Assembly: GCA_051294375.1 (NCBI GenBank)
Contig: CM119271.1
Span: 12,377,190 to 12,441,189, forward strand
DNA length: 64,000 nt
Direction of reading: 5' to 3'
Source of the DNA: Paraspadella gotoi
Taxonomy: Eukaryota; Animalia; Chaetognatha
This document shows, piece by piece, positions 11,801 to 44,583 of the stretch. Positions within the stretch are counted from its first letter, which is position 1, and the number at the start of each line of letters is the position of its first letter. Both the position numbers and the translations under genes were made by a program. The notes beneath the pieces are model-generated. The model was not told the DNA's origin and made no database searches. It saw nothing but the letters and a program-made list of their open reading frames with translations.

Positions 11801-12861
11801 GAAATTGTGAAAGGCCCTCTCGTTGAAGAGATAGGCCGTCTTCCCGTCGGGTCCGGGCATGAGGCGGGACCCGAGAAAGGCCTGACCCATGCGGAGCACG
11901 TCGCGCTGTCGAAAGCCGATGAGGTGCGTCTCGAGGCTGGTCCACTCTCGCGTCGCCAGATCGAAGGAGTAGAAGCGAATCGGGTTGTCGTGTGGAGGAA
12001 TTTCTTGAACGTTGTCGTATCTTGATGAGGGGATTTAAAGTGGTGGAAGAGAGATATTTAATGAAGATAATGATTAATATCTATCATTTGCTCAAATAAA
12101 CGCTATAGTCATGATAATCAATTAGCTGGGTAATTAATTGAAACGTTTCAAAACATGAACATCAATTTTTGAAAATTGTTTTTGTTTCAAAAATATTTTG
12201 TAATAGCTTCAAATGATATGAAATTGGTACAAAAACTAATAAAAAATAAATTAATTATAGTTTCTGCAACGAAGCTATTGACAACGAAGCTATTGGGAAT
12301 TGAAATTGAATTAAATTTGAATTGAAATTGAATTCTCCCCCCTCTGCCTCACCTCCCAGTCCCCCCATGTTCCCTTTCTCGAAAGTCCAACAGATTCTCG
12401 AAAGAGGCGGAGCTGTAGATGATGTACTTATCCCCGACTCTGCAAGCGCTCCTGTAGACCGAGTCCGAGTCCAGCCGCGGGACCTCGTAGCCCCGATGAT
12501 CCGGGACGGTCCAGCGGTCCTCGGAGAGAGAGTAGACGGGCACGAACTCGTAGAGGATGAGTCCAAAGTGTTGACGGAAGAAGACGAAGATCTCCCCGTC
12601 GCGAAGGAAAACCTTGTCGACGTCGAGGCGAAGAAACGCGGGCAGATCGCAAGCGAAGGAACAGAGTTCCTTCCAAGGAAGATTCTCTTTGATGTTGTAT
12701 CTCCAGACGGTCAAGGCCTTGGTGGGACTCTGGTCCACGTAGGCTACGCGATAGACGTTCTTGCCTTCGCTGACGTAATGCGCCGCGCCCGTGTCGATGG
12801 ACGAGAGACCGAAATCCTCGCAGAGGAACTTGTCCATTCCGCGAGAGATCCAGGCCGCCAT
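8871..12861 (-). CDS. Divergent kelch-domain protein with a C-terminal BC-box/Cul2-box (KLHDC3-like), 4 exons
   Basis: Exons 12861-12353, 12020-11772, 10823-9869, 9212-8871 with phases 2,2,0. Kelch blades (FYSFDLATREW, LDLETKEWTKV...GHVYMFG, KIVIVGGY). The spliced C-terminus DVHVLDLSPSLKTLALVSIADSK|VDTSYLPPNLHLNLNTM matches the KLHDC3 tail (DLHILDFSPSLKTLCKLAV...LPHDIRWELNAM). The exact stop is uncertain because of homopolymers near 8900-9000. Confidence 0.8.
9340..9525 (-). mobile_element. Short interspersed Helentron/DINE-1-like (HINE-type) repeat, copy 1
   Basis: Its reverse complement matches 11150-11260 and 11545-11610: tagtttta..gaag.cggcg..gcagtcc.ttagatttta...cttaacaaatgagca, then (GACA/GACC)n, cgaaaagtga and a short GC-rich end. 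Confidence 0.55.
11150..11610 (+). mobile_element. HINE-like repeat, longest copy (related pieces at 19630-19690, 20830-20945, 31110-31295 and 52205-52280 minus)
   Basis: Shared blocks aacaaatgagca, accaccaaa.cctgtc.aa.tcaggggcaaga and gaccgaccgaaa.gtgactt. The 52.2 kb copy ends in a stem-loop (agtcgga...tccgact) plus an A/T run. The Helentron class is inferred from the microsatellite plus terminal-hairpin layout. Confidence 0.55.
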
Positions 12862-13400
12862 TTTATCGTCGGTGGCGGCGAAAAAATGGAAAGGAGGAAG
12901 TTTGTAAGCGATTCTCTTTATCGATCGATTCGAGGATTATTCTGGGGAGGGTTCAGAAGCGGGAGAAATTGTAAAATATTGTAAAAATAACCAGAGCAAC
13001 TTTTATAGACGTAATCTTTTAAAAATATATAGCTAAAATATATAACATTGCTGAAAAAGGGGGGAAAAAACGATGAATTGCAACAGTCAACAAATTAACA
13101 GGGTTTGTTTGTTTACTGGACGGAAAAAGATGCTTTGAAAATAAATTTCGCGAAGTAAAAAAGAATCGTTCAGTTGGGAAGGAATGTTGAATAATTAAAA
13201 ATAATTAAAATTGCAATCGAAAGTTAAATATTATGATCGAATTTCTTTGTGCGTTCCGCTCTTTTCTTCTTGTGCACGTTTCTTTTAAAAATAACATTTG
13301 TTATTGATGTCGAAAACATTAGTACATATCAAATGGATAAAATTTAATAAAGGCACATGTATCGGTGGCAAGTATGTATCTTAAGTTAGAACTCTCAAGA

Positions 13401-16400
13401 CTACGTAAAGTTTCCGTCTCCTTGCAAGAGCGCCGCTCTCTTGTTCAGACTCTGCACTTGGGATTTGAGGGACGCGATCGTTTCCTCCAACTGACATCTC
13501 AAATCGCTTGGCAACATCTTGGATATTTTCTCTTCTTGCTCCAATTTGATTTGCGTGATTTGATCCTCCCACTCCAACCGTTGATGCTCAGTGTTTCGCT
13601 CCAACCATCGATTTTTCTCTCTCTGTTTTTCTATCTCTTGATGCAACGAAAGATTTTCAGTTTTCCACTCGTTCTTCTCCAGCTCCAGCTCTGTCCTATG
13701 TCGCTCCATCAACTCCTCCGCTTCCGTCCGACGTCTCTCTTCCTCGAGACGAAAATCGCTCCTCGCCGTCGCCAACTCCTGCGCAAGCGTTTCGCTCCTA
13801 CGCATCTCCGCGTCGACTCTGCTCCTATATTCATCCTCGATCTTCTTTAACTTCTGCCCGGCGTTCCCGAGCGTCGTCTCCATATCCGCCGCGTGCTGTT
13901 TGGCCTGAATCAATCTCTGTTGCTCCATCTCGCTCCGGTGCTTCCGGACGAGCTCTTCCAGACTGTTCTTGGCTTCGTTCAAGCTCTCCTCGTTCTTGGC
14001 GTTGGATTCACGAATCTCCTGCGCGTAACGAGAGTGACAATCGGCGAGATGTTGACGAGCATCTTTGAGTTGCTCCTCCAATTCCGCGAGGACGCCATCG
14101 TCGGCTTCTTTCTTCGTCCCCCACTCTTCCACGATCCTTTCCATTTCCGAGAAATGCAGACTCTTCAACTGCTCGATCTCTTCCTCCTTCGCCTTCCGCA
14201 GCACCTCCTTCTCCAACATGGCGTCCTTGGTCAGCGTCAGACGCAGCGTCTCCGCTTCCGCCCGCAGCCGATCTATCTCCCGCTGCGCCGCGCTCCGTTC
14301 CTCCTCCATCTGTCGCCGCATTTCTTTCCCCTGCTTCTCCCTGGCGACGCGCGACTTTTCCAGATCTGATTCGACCGTCCTCATCTGCGCCTTCATCTCC
14401 TCGTAGGTCCTCTCGGCGGACTGTTGGATGTTCGTCTGAAAATCGGCCAACGTTTTCTCCGATTTTTCGACCTGCGATTCCAATTCTGCCTTCAACCTCT
14501 CGTTCTCTCTCTTCTTCGCCTTTAAACTTTCTTCCAATCGAACGACTCTAGCGTTCAACTCCGTCTCGCTCTCTCTCGCTCTCTTCTCCATCCTTTGCGA
14601 GTCTTGTTCCAGACTGTGCAGAGTGTCGGCCAACTTCTCCAGCGTGGCTTTATTCTCTTCAGTCTCCACTACGAGTCGATCTCTCCTCTGCTCCGCGGCA
14701 GCTTTCTCTTCCTCGCTCCGCCTCAGCCGCTCCTTCGCCGCCTCCAATTCCCGACGCAGCAGATCCGCGTTTGACTTGTATCCTTCTTCGATCCGCAGCA
14801 GCCTGTCCTCGTGTTCCTTCCTCTCCGAAGCCGCTTCTTTCTCTAATCTCTTCTTCTCCTCCTCCATCTGCTTCATCTTCTCCCCCATCTCGTCTCCCCT
14901 CGCTTCCATCAACGCCATCTCTTGTATCATCCTCTGCCGACCCGACGCCGCCAATTCCGCGTCTTCCGTCAACGCCGCGATTCTCCGCTCGAGATCTTTG
15001 ACGACGAGGGCGTTGTCGTCGGCTTCCTTGGCGTAGTCGGCCTCCATCTTGGCGAGGCGCTCGTTGGTCTCCCTCAGCAACTCCTCCATGTTCATCGTGT
15101 TCTGCTTCTGCAGCTGAAACTTTTCCTGCTCGAAGGCGGCGACGACGTCGTTGATCTTCCGCTGGCAATCGTCCGCGCGGCTCTGCTGCGTCTCCTCCGC
15201 CAGGCGACGCAGCTCGTCCAGCTGCTTCTCTTTGGTCTCCCGCAGCTGCGCGGATTCGCGGACGAGGTTGTCGAGCTTCTTCTGCGTGACTCTGGCTCGA
15301 TCCTCGTGCTCGCGAATTTTGCTTCGATATTCGACTCTTATCTCTTCGATCTCTGAGTTTTTTCGTTCGAGGATTTTCTGGACGTCGTCGTCGTGTCGCT
15401 GCTGCAGTTTTAACTTCTCTTCTTGGAACTTCGCCTCGAGGACCTTCAGTGAAGTAAAAATTAAAATTAAAAGAATATAAAATATAACTGTAAAATGGAC
15501 AAGGCAATATTTTAAAAAGACAACTTTTAAATATTAAGATTTCATTACGTGGCAATTTTTTTTTCTATTAAATTGGGCAAAACCGTAAAAAAATTTTTCG
15601 TTTTTGTAAGGACGATTTGAAATGTTCTGCATGAAATAATAAATAAAAAGAAAAAATCATTAAAACAGATTTAAAATTTCTTTTATCCACTTTACAAAGA
15701 TTAAAACTCTGATCTCAGAATTAAAATTGACATTATGCAACTTAAATTAAACTAATTTATAACGTTTTTAAAATGTTTTGAATATTTTTACAATAAAAAT
15801 GCTCAATTTGTATTTAAAACTTTTGACTAGACCTTCATCTTCATCTCAGATCCTTTGTCCAAATTTCGCCGAAGCGAATTCTCTCGATTCTCCGTCGTCA
15901 ACGGACGCCGCGCGGGGGCGTCCACGGGCGTCGCGTCGCTGTCCGAGGTGACGCCGCCGCTCACGACTTTGCTCTCCCACCATCTCGCGACGGAAACGTC
16001 TTCACGGATCCCATGACCCGCGGAGGCGACGCTCGTGTCCGTCGTCTCGTGTCCCTCGTCGCGATTCGACAAATCCCGACGTTTACGAAAAGAGTTTCGC
16101 TCCTCGAGGTCGCGGGTTCGATCCTGGCTCAAATCGTAACGACTCAGATTGGCGATCTGAGCCTCTGGCTTTTCGTTGAAGGGTCCGTCGAGGTGACCAA
16201 GAGTCTTCAGCATGTGCAGCATCAGTTTGGCGTGGTCGTTGCGATTCCGGCGACCGGAGACGCCCCCGAAAGTCTCCTCGCACAATTTCTTGATCCAAAC
16301 GGCGCATTTTTGTCTTTCGCTTTTGTGCGGAAGTTGTAAGACGTAAAATTTCATCGAGGCTAAAATTCCGTCGAATTCCGCGTCCAATTTTTTCGTGACG

Positions 16401-16420
16401 TTGTCGAACGGAGCCGACAT
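13401..16420 (-). CDS. CEP112: Centrosomal protein of 112 kDa (CCDC46), coiled-coil, 2 exons
   Basis: Exon 1 16420-15833 encodes KLDAEFDGILASMKFYVLQLPHKSERQKCAVWIKKLCE...GRRNRNDHAKLMLHMLK...GPF, the CEP112 N-terminal domain. Phase-0 intron. Exon 2 15443-13401 begins VLEAKFQEEKL and ends LEETIASLKSQVQSLNKRAALLQ, as in CEP112. Confidence 0.92.
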
Positions 16421-17597
16421 CTTGTTTTTAAACTATTAAGCTACTATATTATAGGCAAAGGGCAATTTAAAATCATATTTATGGAAATATTTTGTTGTTC
16501 GAAAGAATTTTGATTTATTTTTAACAAAATTTCTTCTGCTGAGTCATTTTCTCTCCTCTGTTGTTTAGATGCTCATTTGGTTTTTTCCGACGCCGTCAGA
16601 GTCTGACATCTGGGGAGAAAAAACTTTAAACAAGAATGAAAAAAGAACAATTATTTAAATAATTTTAATTTTTCAAAAAATAGATTAAAAATAGATTTTT
16701 GGCTGTTATTAATATTATATTACATTATTAATGTCAAAAGCCACTTCGACTTTGGTCTCCAATTTTTAAAATGCGTATCAAAAAAAAAAAAACTTATGAA
16801 AGTTTCCTAAGTTAATACGTTGCTTTCAAACATTTTCTTAACTCGATAAATTATATCATATATGATTATAAACTCAATTACTATTTCCATGATTTTTTAT
16901 AAAATGACAGTTTACAAAGTTGACTAACTCAAGTTTACTCGGAAAAACTGTTATGATTGTCTCGCTAATGTTGTCTCAGACAGGGTTATCTTAACAAGAA
17001 TTTCATAAAATGAAAAACTGAAATGTTTTAATTCAGCAATGAACATATAAGCGGTGATTGATGATAGTAAATAAAATCGGGAATTTTAATATAGTTTTAG
17101 ATATTTTCAATAAAAATTTCCTCATTACTGAGGAAAAAGATCTGAGCGATTATGAATTAATTCTTCAATAAAAATAAATTTGTTTTATTATTTTAAATTA
17201 CCGCTGAATAGATCGATCTGACAAATACTAAAATCTTTACTTTTAAAACTAATTCCATTATTAAATATATGAGATTATTAATCTACAATGGCGAGAGAAA
17301 ATTAACTAAATGAAAAAAGTGATAGATAAATAAAAATTAATTAAAATGGCGAAAGATAAAAAACAAAAGACGTCGTCAGAAATGTAATTTCTTTAAATAT
17401 GAACAAAAGACTAATTGTTTATGATTTTCTTTTCTGGTTTTCCCGTTTATTCGAATCGAACGCCGCCAAACGGCGAAAATTGGAATGTGGCGACGACGAA
17501 TCACTGGGCGATGATTTCCGGTCAACGACGCGTGGATGGGCGTGGTCAGTTTTGCGGCGTCATCCGTGGCTTCATAGAGGGCGCGCTCAAATCCGCG

Positions 17598-38219
<20,622 letters not shown>

Positions 38220-38282
38220 CTGTAATTGGAAAGGAGGGAGTGAAGAGGAGAGAGATATGTCATCTCCAAATCCTCCGCCCCG

Positions 38283-38763
38283 CGGGGTGGCTCTAGGGGT
38301 GCCACAGGGGGCAGACTATTCGCAGGGGGAGCAGCAAAATGGTCATTGACGGGGGGCCCTCTGGATTGCTTCAGGGGGCCGCCACTGGGGTGTTCCCCCT
38401 GGGGCAAACATTTTGGGTCTAATTAGGGCGCCCCTATGCTAAGCCCTGGGGCCAAAAAAAGTCTGCCCCTGGGGGTAACCCCTTGGGGAGCCAAAAAGTG
38501 CTCCCCCAGGGGCGAGTTAAAGAGAGAGCAAAGGTTAGATATGAAAATATACTTTCTGACTATGTTATTGTATTGGAGAATATCTCTCCCTATCTTACTC
38601 TGTCTTTCTCTCTCTCTCTTTCTTTCTCCCTTTTTCTTTCTCTCTCTCTCTCTTTCTCTCTTTCTCTTTCTCAAAAATATTTATAATTTGATGTTCAAAG
38701 AGGAATTAAATAAATCACCAAAAAAAAAACCAAAACTATTCATCACCCCGCGGGGCCACCCCG
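38283..38763. mobile_element. GC-rich MITE-like element with imperfect terminal inverted repeats of about 20 bp
   Basis: The left end cggggtggctctaggggtg resembles the reverse complement of the right end, cggggtggccccgcggggtg. The interior has G/C-run palindromes. No TSD can be read because of the gap. Confidence 0.4.
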
Positions 38764-40387
38764 NNNNNNNNNNNNNNNNNNNNNNNNNAAAAAAAAGAGA
38801 GAGATGCTTCTTAAACTAAGCTATCTTAGTGCTTTAGTGCACTTAAAAGTAAAAAAAATAACTTAATTCCTTTTTTAGTAATACATATAAAAATGTATTT
38901 ATAATGAGTGTAAATTGCAACGCGACGATTTTTAAAAGATTAAAAAACACAAGCCCGAAAAACCGCTGAAAAACTTCACTTTTTGAAAACACTGTCAAAG
39001 AAAAATAGACTTCTGCGAAAACACACACTGCTGAACGCTATTCGAACTAAACGCCGACGTCTTACAATATCTTTTCTGCTCACTTAGTCATTCCCATAAA
39101 GTGAAGAGCCCGCAAATTCTTAAAATCAACATAATTGCCACGACGAATTTTCTCGGGAGATCTTAAGTTTTCCAATCTTTTACAATCTTGATTGGATTGT
39201 GTGAGAGAAAGCGATTTTAGCATCGTTAATATAAGTTGAAATAAATATTATTTACGGAAATTTTACAGAAATCCAATTAATATATAAGTAACAAAAAACA
39301 GAAAAAAAAGCACCCCAAATAAAAACTGAAAATAATTGAGATAACAAACTTAAAACAAGAGAACAACAAAAAACAAATCTTTTCTTTACGCTACAGTCCA
39401 TCGGGCGCCGGCGTCACAGATACTAGCCGGAAAACGCGGCAGGCGATCGTTCCACGAAACCGGCGCCGGATTTCGTCGTGTACGGCAAACATAAGCAAGG
39501 CCGGCGAACGACGGAACGGCAACGACGAAGATGAATCCGCAGGCGAACCGACGGGAATGTAGAAAATGGTGGATATCTGTAGATTAGGAAAGGAGGGATG
39601 AGACGAGAGATATGTCATCTCCCAAATCCTCCCGCCCCGGGGGTGGCTCTAGGGGTTGCCACACAGGGGGCACGACTATTCGCAGGGGGAGCAGCAAAAT
39701 GGTCATTGACGCGGGGCGCCCCCTCCTGGAATTGCTTCAGGGGGCCGCCATTGGGGTGTTCCCCCTGGGGCAAACATTTTGGGTCTATATTGGGGCGCCC
39801 GCTATGCTAAGCCCCTGGGGCCAAAAAAAAGTCTGCCCCTGGGGGTAACGCCCTTGGGGAGCCAAAACGTGGCTCCCCCAGGGGCGAGTTAAAGAGAGAG
39901 AAAAGTTTAGATGAGAAAAATATAACTTTTTCTCTGACTATGTTTATTGTCTTGGAGAATATCTCTCCGCTGTCTGTTACTCTGTCTTTCTGCTCGATCT
40001 TGCTCATTTCTTTCTCGGCCTTTTTCTTTTCTTCTCTCTCTCTTTTTTCTCTCTTTCTCTTTTCTCAAAAAAAATTTATAATTTGGATGTTCAAACAGAG
40101 GTAATTAAATAAATCACCAAAAAAAACAACCAAAACTATTCATCACCCCGCGGGGCCGCCCCGAGCACTGCCCCCGGGGGAAAACGATTCTGAAGGATGA
40201 CATACTTGGGCATGGGCCGAAAAATGGCGAAAAAATAAATAATGTTTAAAAATGACGGAAAATACTCACTTCCCCCGATGAAAATGGGGAAAAATCCTGT
40301 CAATCACGACAAAAATGGCATAAAATTTGAGGAGTGGCCAAAAAATAATATTAGGAATTTATTTTTAAAAAATAATTAAGATTAGGC

Positions 40388-40723
40388 ACATTAATTAAAT
40401 TACTTAAGAGACTTAAATTACGTAGTAGTATTATTAAACCAAATCACATTTATTATTATTTTAATTATTTAGTAACAGTTAAAATATTAATTCTTAACCT
40501 TCTTAGAATCTTACATCAATTTCGAATCCATTAAAAATTATTTATTAATTATAAATAACTGTCCAAGACCAGGATTCAAACCAGCGACCTTGCCGGCCAT
40601 ATCGGAATCCTTTAACCACTTGGCCATTGAACCATTTGATAATAAGATTATCGATTCATCCTTTTAGATGAATCAGGAGCTTAGTAATTGTCCTTTTGTT
40701 TATCATCAATCATCAAACTCCAA
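40388..40723 (+). mobile_element. LTR-like repeat, copy A (5'-truncated); noisy duplicate at about 42977-43337
   Basis: Collinear with 44611-44913; homology stops abruptly at caaactccaa. Confidence 0.55.
40561..40633 (-). pseudogene. tRNA-like 73-nt module (Pol III A and B boxes) inside the repeat
   Basis: GGTTCAA-TGGCCAAGTGG(A box)-TTAAAGGA-TTCCG ATATGGC CGGCA-AGGTC-GCTGGTTTGAATCC(B box)-TGGTCTTGGAC. The acceptor-like and anticodon-like stems pair only partly, so this is not a functional tRNA. Confidence 0.65.
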
Positions 40724-40943
40724 ATCTTCGCCTCGAAGTCGCGAGACTCCAACCAGTGCCAACAAAGCCTACCCGACGCTTTACTCAACGTCTCTTACGT
40801 CTACGTATGCCGAGGAGGTGTGGCTCCGAGCCTTGCGGCTCCTTATCTCATCCCTTACCGCGTCGTCTCTCGCAAAATCCCAGGACTCGGTGTCGAAAGC
40901 GTCAATATCACAAGCCTCAAGCCGGCCTACGAGGCAGATGATG
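40724..40943 (+). mobile_element. Degenerate Gypsy/Ty3 integrase C-terminal (GPY/F module) remnant; noisy copy at 43338-43620
   Basis: Translation YVYVCRGGVAPSLAAPYLIPYRVVSR...GVESVNITSLKPAY resembles the V.VRR....L.PPY.GP(Y/F).V..R...VS.DRLKPA(Y/H) pattern at the end of Gypsy pol. Confidence 0.65.
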
Positions 40944-43900
40944 NNNNNNNNNNNNNNNNNNNNNNNNNAAATACGTGAAAATCTGCAGGAACAACGCTTG
41001 TGACCATTCAACTTTTCACATCATGGCGCGGACAGGCCCGAAAAAAAACGGCTGGGGGGGAAATATCAGTTTTTTTTTTCTTGCAACAAACAACTTGTCA
41101 AGGGAACAAAATACAAACCTTCCTGCTAGAGAACTACATACTTAACATGAGAGTAGCTAAACTGAACCAATCGGAATTCCCAGAACTAACCCGAATCGTC
41201 TCTACAATATCTTTTCTGCTCAACTTAGTCATTCCCATAAAGTCGGAAGAGCCGCAAATTTAAAAATCAACAACTAATTGGGTCCACCGAACGAATTTAT
41301 CGTCAGGGAGATCTTAAGTTCCAATCTTTTACTCTTGATTGGATTGATGGTGAGTAGACAAGACGCAAGACTATTTTAAGATCATCGTTAATATACAGTG
41401 TGAAATAAATATTATTTATCGTGAAATAATTTACAGAAATCCAATATAAAATATATATTAACCAACAACAACCAAACAAAAAACAACCCCAAATATAAAA
41501 CTGAAAAATTAATTCGGGACAGAATAACAAACTTAAAACAAGAGGAACAACAAAAAACAAATCTTTTCTTACCTACAGTCATCCGGGGCGCCGGCCGTCA
41601 CAGATACTAGCCGGAAAACCGCGGACAGGCGTCGTTCCTACGGAAAACACGCGCGCCGGATTTCGTCGGTGTACGCAAACACTAAGCAAGGCCCGGCGAC
41701 GACGACGGAACGCCAGACGAAGCGATGAATCCGCAGGCGACGACGCGGATGCTAGAAAATGTGATACTCGTAGATTGAAAGGAGGAGAGACGACGATGGA
41801 TATGTCATCTCCCAAATCCTCCCGCCCCGGGGGTGGCCTCTAGGGGTTGCCACCAGGGGCAGGGGGGGAAAACATATTATCCATGCCGCCGACAAAAACG
41901 GGTGGGAGCACGCAACAGAGATGGTCAAATTCGTGAAGCTCGCGCCCCCTTCGATTGCCTTTAGTTGTGTGGCCGGCCCTGGTGGGAATGATTCCCCACT
42001 TTCTGCTGCATTAACCGAACTTTGCGTTTCACCCATCCGATACGTATCCTGGCCGGTTTCAGTCATATTAGGGGCCTCCGCGGTTTCCTCTCCTTGTAAC
42101 TGTCTGATCGGCTCAACGCCCCCCTGGGTGCCAAACAAGATCGGGTGCCCCCTGGTGCGGTAAACCCCTCTGCGCGGGTACGCATCAAACGTGCTTTCCA
42201 GACGGGCCTCTCGTGGCTTTTTTCCTTTTTCCTTATCAACCTTTTCCCGACAGTGACACCTTGAGATAATTTTATCATGTAATTTTGTTAGTGGCGTCTA
42301 TGAGACGAATCAGGCTGTCGAGGAAAACTCTATCATTGCCTACTGTAATGGCGAAAGACCTACTGTAATATGTACTGCACACCGAGGGAGGGTAATATCT
42401 TATAAACGCTACATCCCCTGGGTGGCAAATTGTTTACATCTGTTCTCCTTTCTTTATTCTCGTCTCTCTCTTTTTTCGGCTTCCCCTTTCTTCCCTCGCG
42501 CGCCCTTTTGGTCGGGGGCTTCTCCTCTCGGTCTCTCTCTTTTCTTTTCTACTCTTTCTCGTTCTCAAAAAAAAGTTATATTTAACTTTTGACTGCTTCA
42601 GCACGGGAACTTTAAAAAACACTCACCAAACAGCGAGACAAAAACAACCAATAACTATTCCATCACCCGCGGGCGGCGTGGGGCGCCCCCGCCCGAGCAC
42701 TCCCCGGGGGGGGGCGGGGGGAACAACATTGGCTGCAAGGCTATTGACATATTGGGCATGGGCCCGAAAAATGGCAAAAAAAAACATAAATGTTTTAAAA
42801 ACGACAGGAAATCACCACTTCACCCCGCATGCAAAATGGGGGGGGTATAAAAAAAAACATCCTGTCAATCACGAGAGAAAGGATAGGCGCAAATCAAATT
42901 TGAGGGAGTGCACGGCGACCAAAAAACGTGGAAACATTAGGGACTCTTGTTTTTAGAATAAATAATTAGAATTAGCACATTATTAATTACTTAGAGACTT
43001 AAATTTACGTAGAGTTAGTATTATTTAAACAACTATCACAGTTTATTATTATTTTACATTATTAATACCACAGTTAAAATACTTAATTTCTTAACCTTCT
43101 TAGAATCTTACATCCAAATTCCGAATCCCATTAAAATTATTTATTAATTATAAAAACTGGTTCAAGACCAGGCATTCAAACCAGCGAGCCTTGCGGCCAT
43201 ATGCGGAATCCTTTTAACCACTTGGCGCATATGAACCATGTTGTAATAATAAGAATTGACTCATTCATTTTTTAGATGAATCACGGATCTTAAGTAATTG
43301 GCCTTTGTGTTTATCATCGAATGCAATCAAACTCCAATATCTCTGCTGCACTCCAAGACTCGCTGAGACCTCCAACGAGTGCCAGTACAAAGCCTACCCG
43401 TACGCTTTACTCATACGTCTATTACGTATACGACAATATGCAGAGGAAGGTGTGGCTTGCAGAAGCCTCGCGGGGCTCTTACTCGTGACTCCAGACCTGC
43501 TCTCTTAGCCGTGGCAGTCAGTCCATATACACAAATCCGCAGATCTGGTTGATACATTGGAAAGACGGTCAATAGTCACAAGCCTCGTAAGCCCGGGTCC
43601 TACGGGGTCAGACTGATGCGTCGGGAATTGACGCCGTCAAGCGCCCCGCACGCACTTCCCCTCAACTCCACGTTCGCTTCTCCCTACACGGAGGCGACCT
43701 GGGGCGAACTCCGGTGAATGCTTCCGATCAAATAATCCAGAAAAACTCAACCGCTCCTTCCACTCCCCTCCCAATTCCCTATCCCCAGCTCAGCTTCCTC
43801 TACCTTACCCGACTCCTCCCCAGCCCAAATGTACGACATCCCTAATCGATTTTTCCACCGTTAAACATTCAAAATACAACAAACGCACGGCAAAAATGTC

Positions 43901-44583
43901 AACCAAAAACCATAAAACAAAATGCGGTTATCGTTGATATTCCTAGAAATGGAAGACGCTTACGCGAAGTCAATAACAACGCCTAGAACGAATGCCAGAG
44001 GTCCAATCAACAAAATCCGCATCGTCGCATCAATCCCCACTCCCTGCCCCATCCCCCACTTCCCCTATTCGCCCTACTACCTTCTCAAGAACAACGGCCA
44101 ATAATTTTTCCTATCGAGCGAATAAATTCCTTCGCGCGAATCAAATAAACAATTCAACTCGCCATTCTTATGCTCCCGTTTTGAAGCGGATGCTCCAGCA
44201 GCTCGTCGACAAGGATTTAAAAACTACCTTCGATTGAACGGGTCAGTCACATTTTAATTATCTCCTCTTTTCCAAAAACTTTAATTTACTTTAGAAAATC
44301 ATTTTTCTATTTTCTCCTTTATCAAATTTTTCATTTTTTTATCGATTATTTCAAAACGTTATAGTAATATCAAATTACTACCTAATTCATTTTTAATTCA
44401 TTAACTATCGACTACAAATTGATTCAATCCGTTAAATTCGACAACCAACAAACTTTAACTCGTCATTAGTAAAATCTTACTATTTCACAAAGCTGATTTT
44501 AAAATCAAATCAATTTCCCTTTTCCGATCGTTTTTAAAGAAACTATTTATTTTAAAATTTTAATTTTTTTGCCGCTTTTATCT

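Noticed and set aside
40561-40633. Functional tRNA gene
   Set aside because: T-stem and anticodon stem mismatches, a non-canonical anticodon loop that differs between copies, and a position inside a larger repeat.
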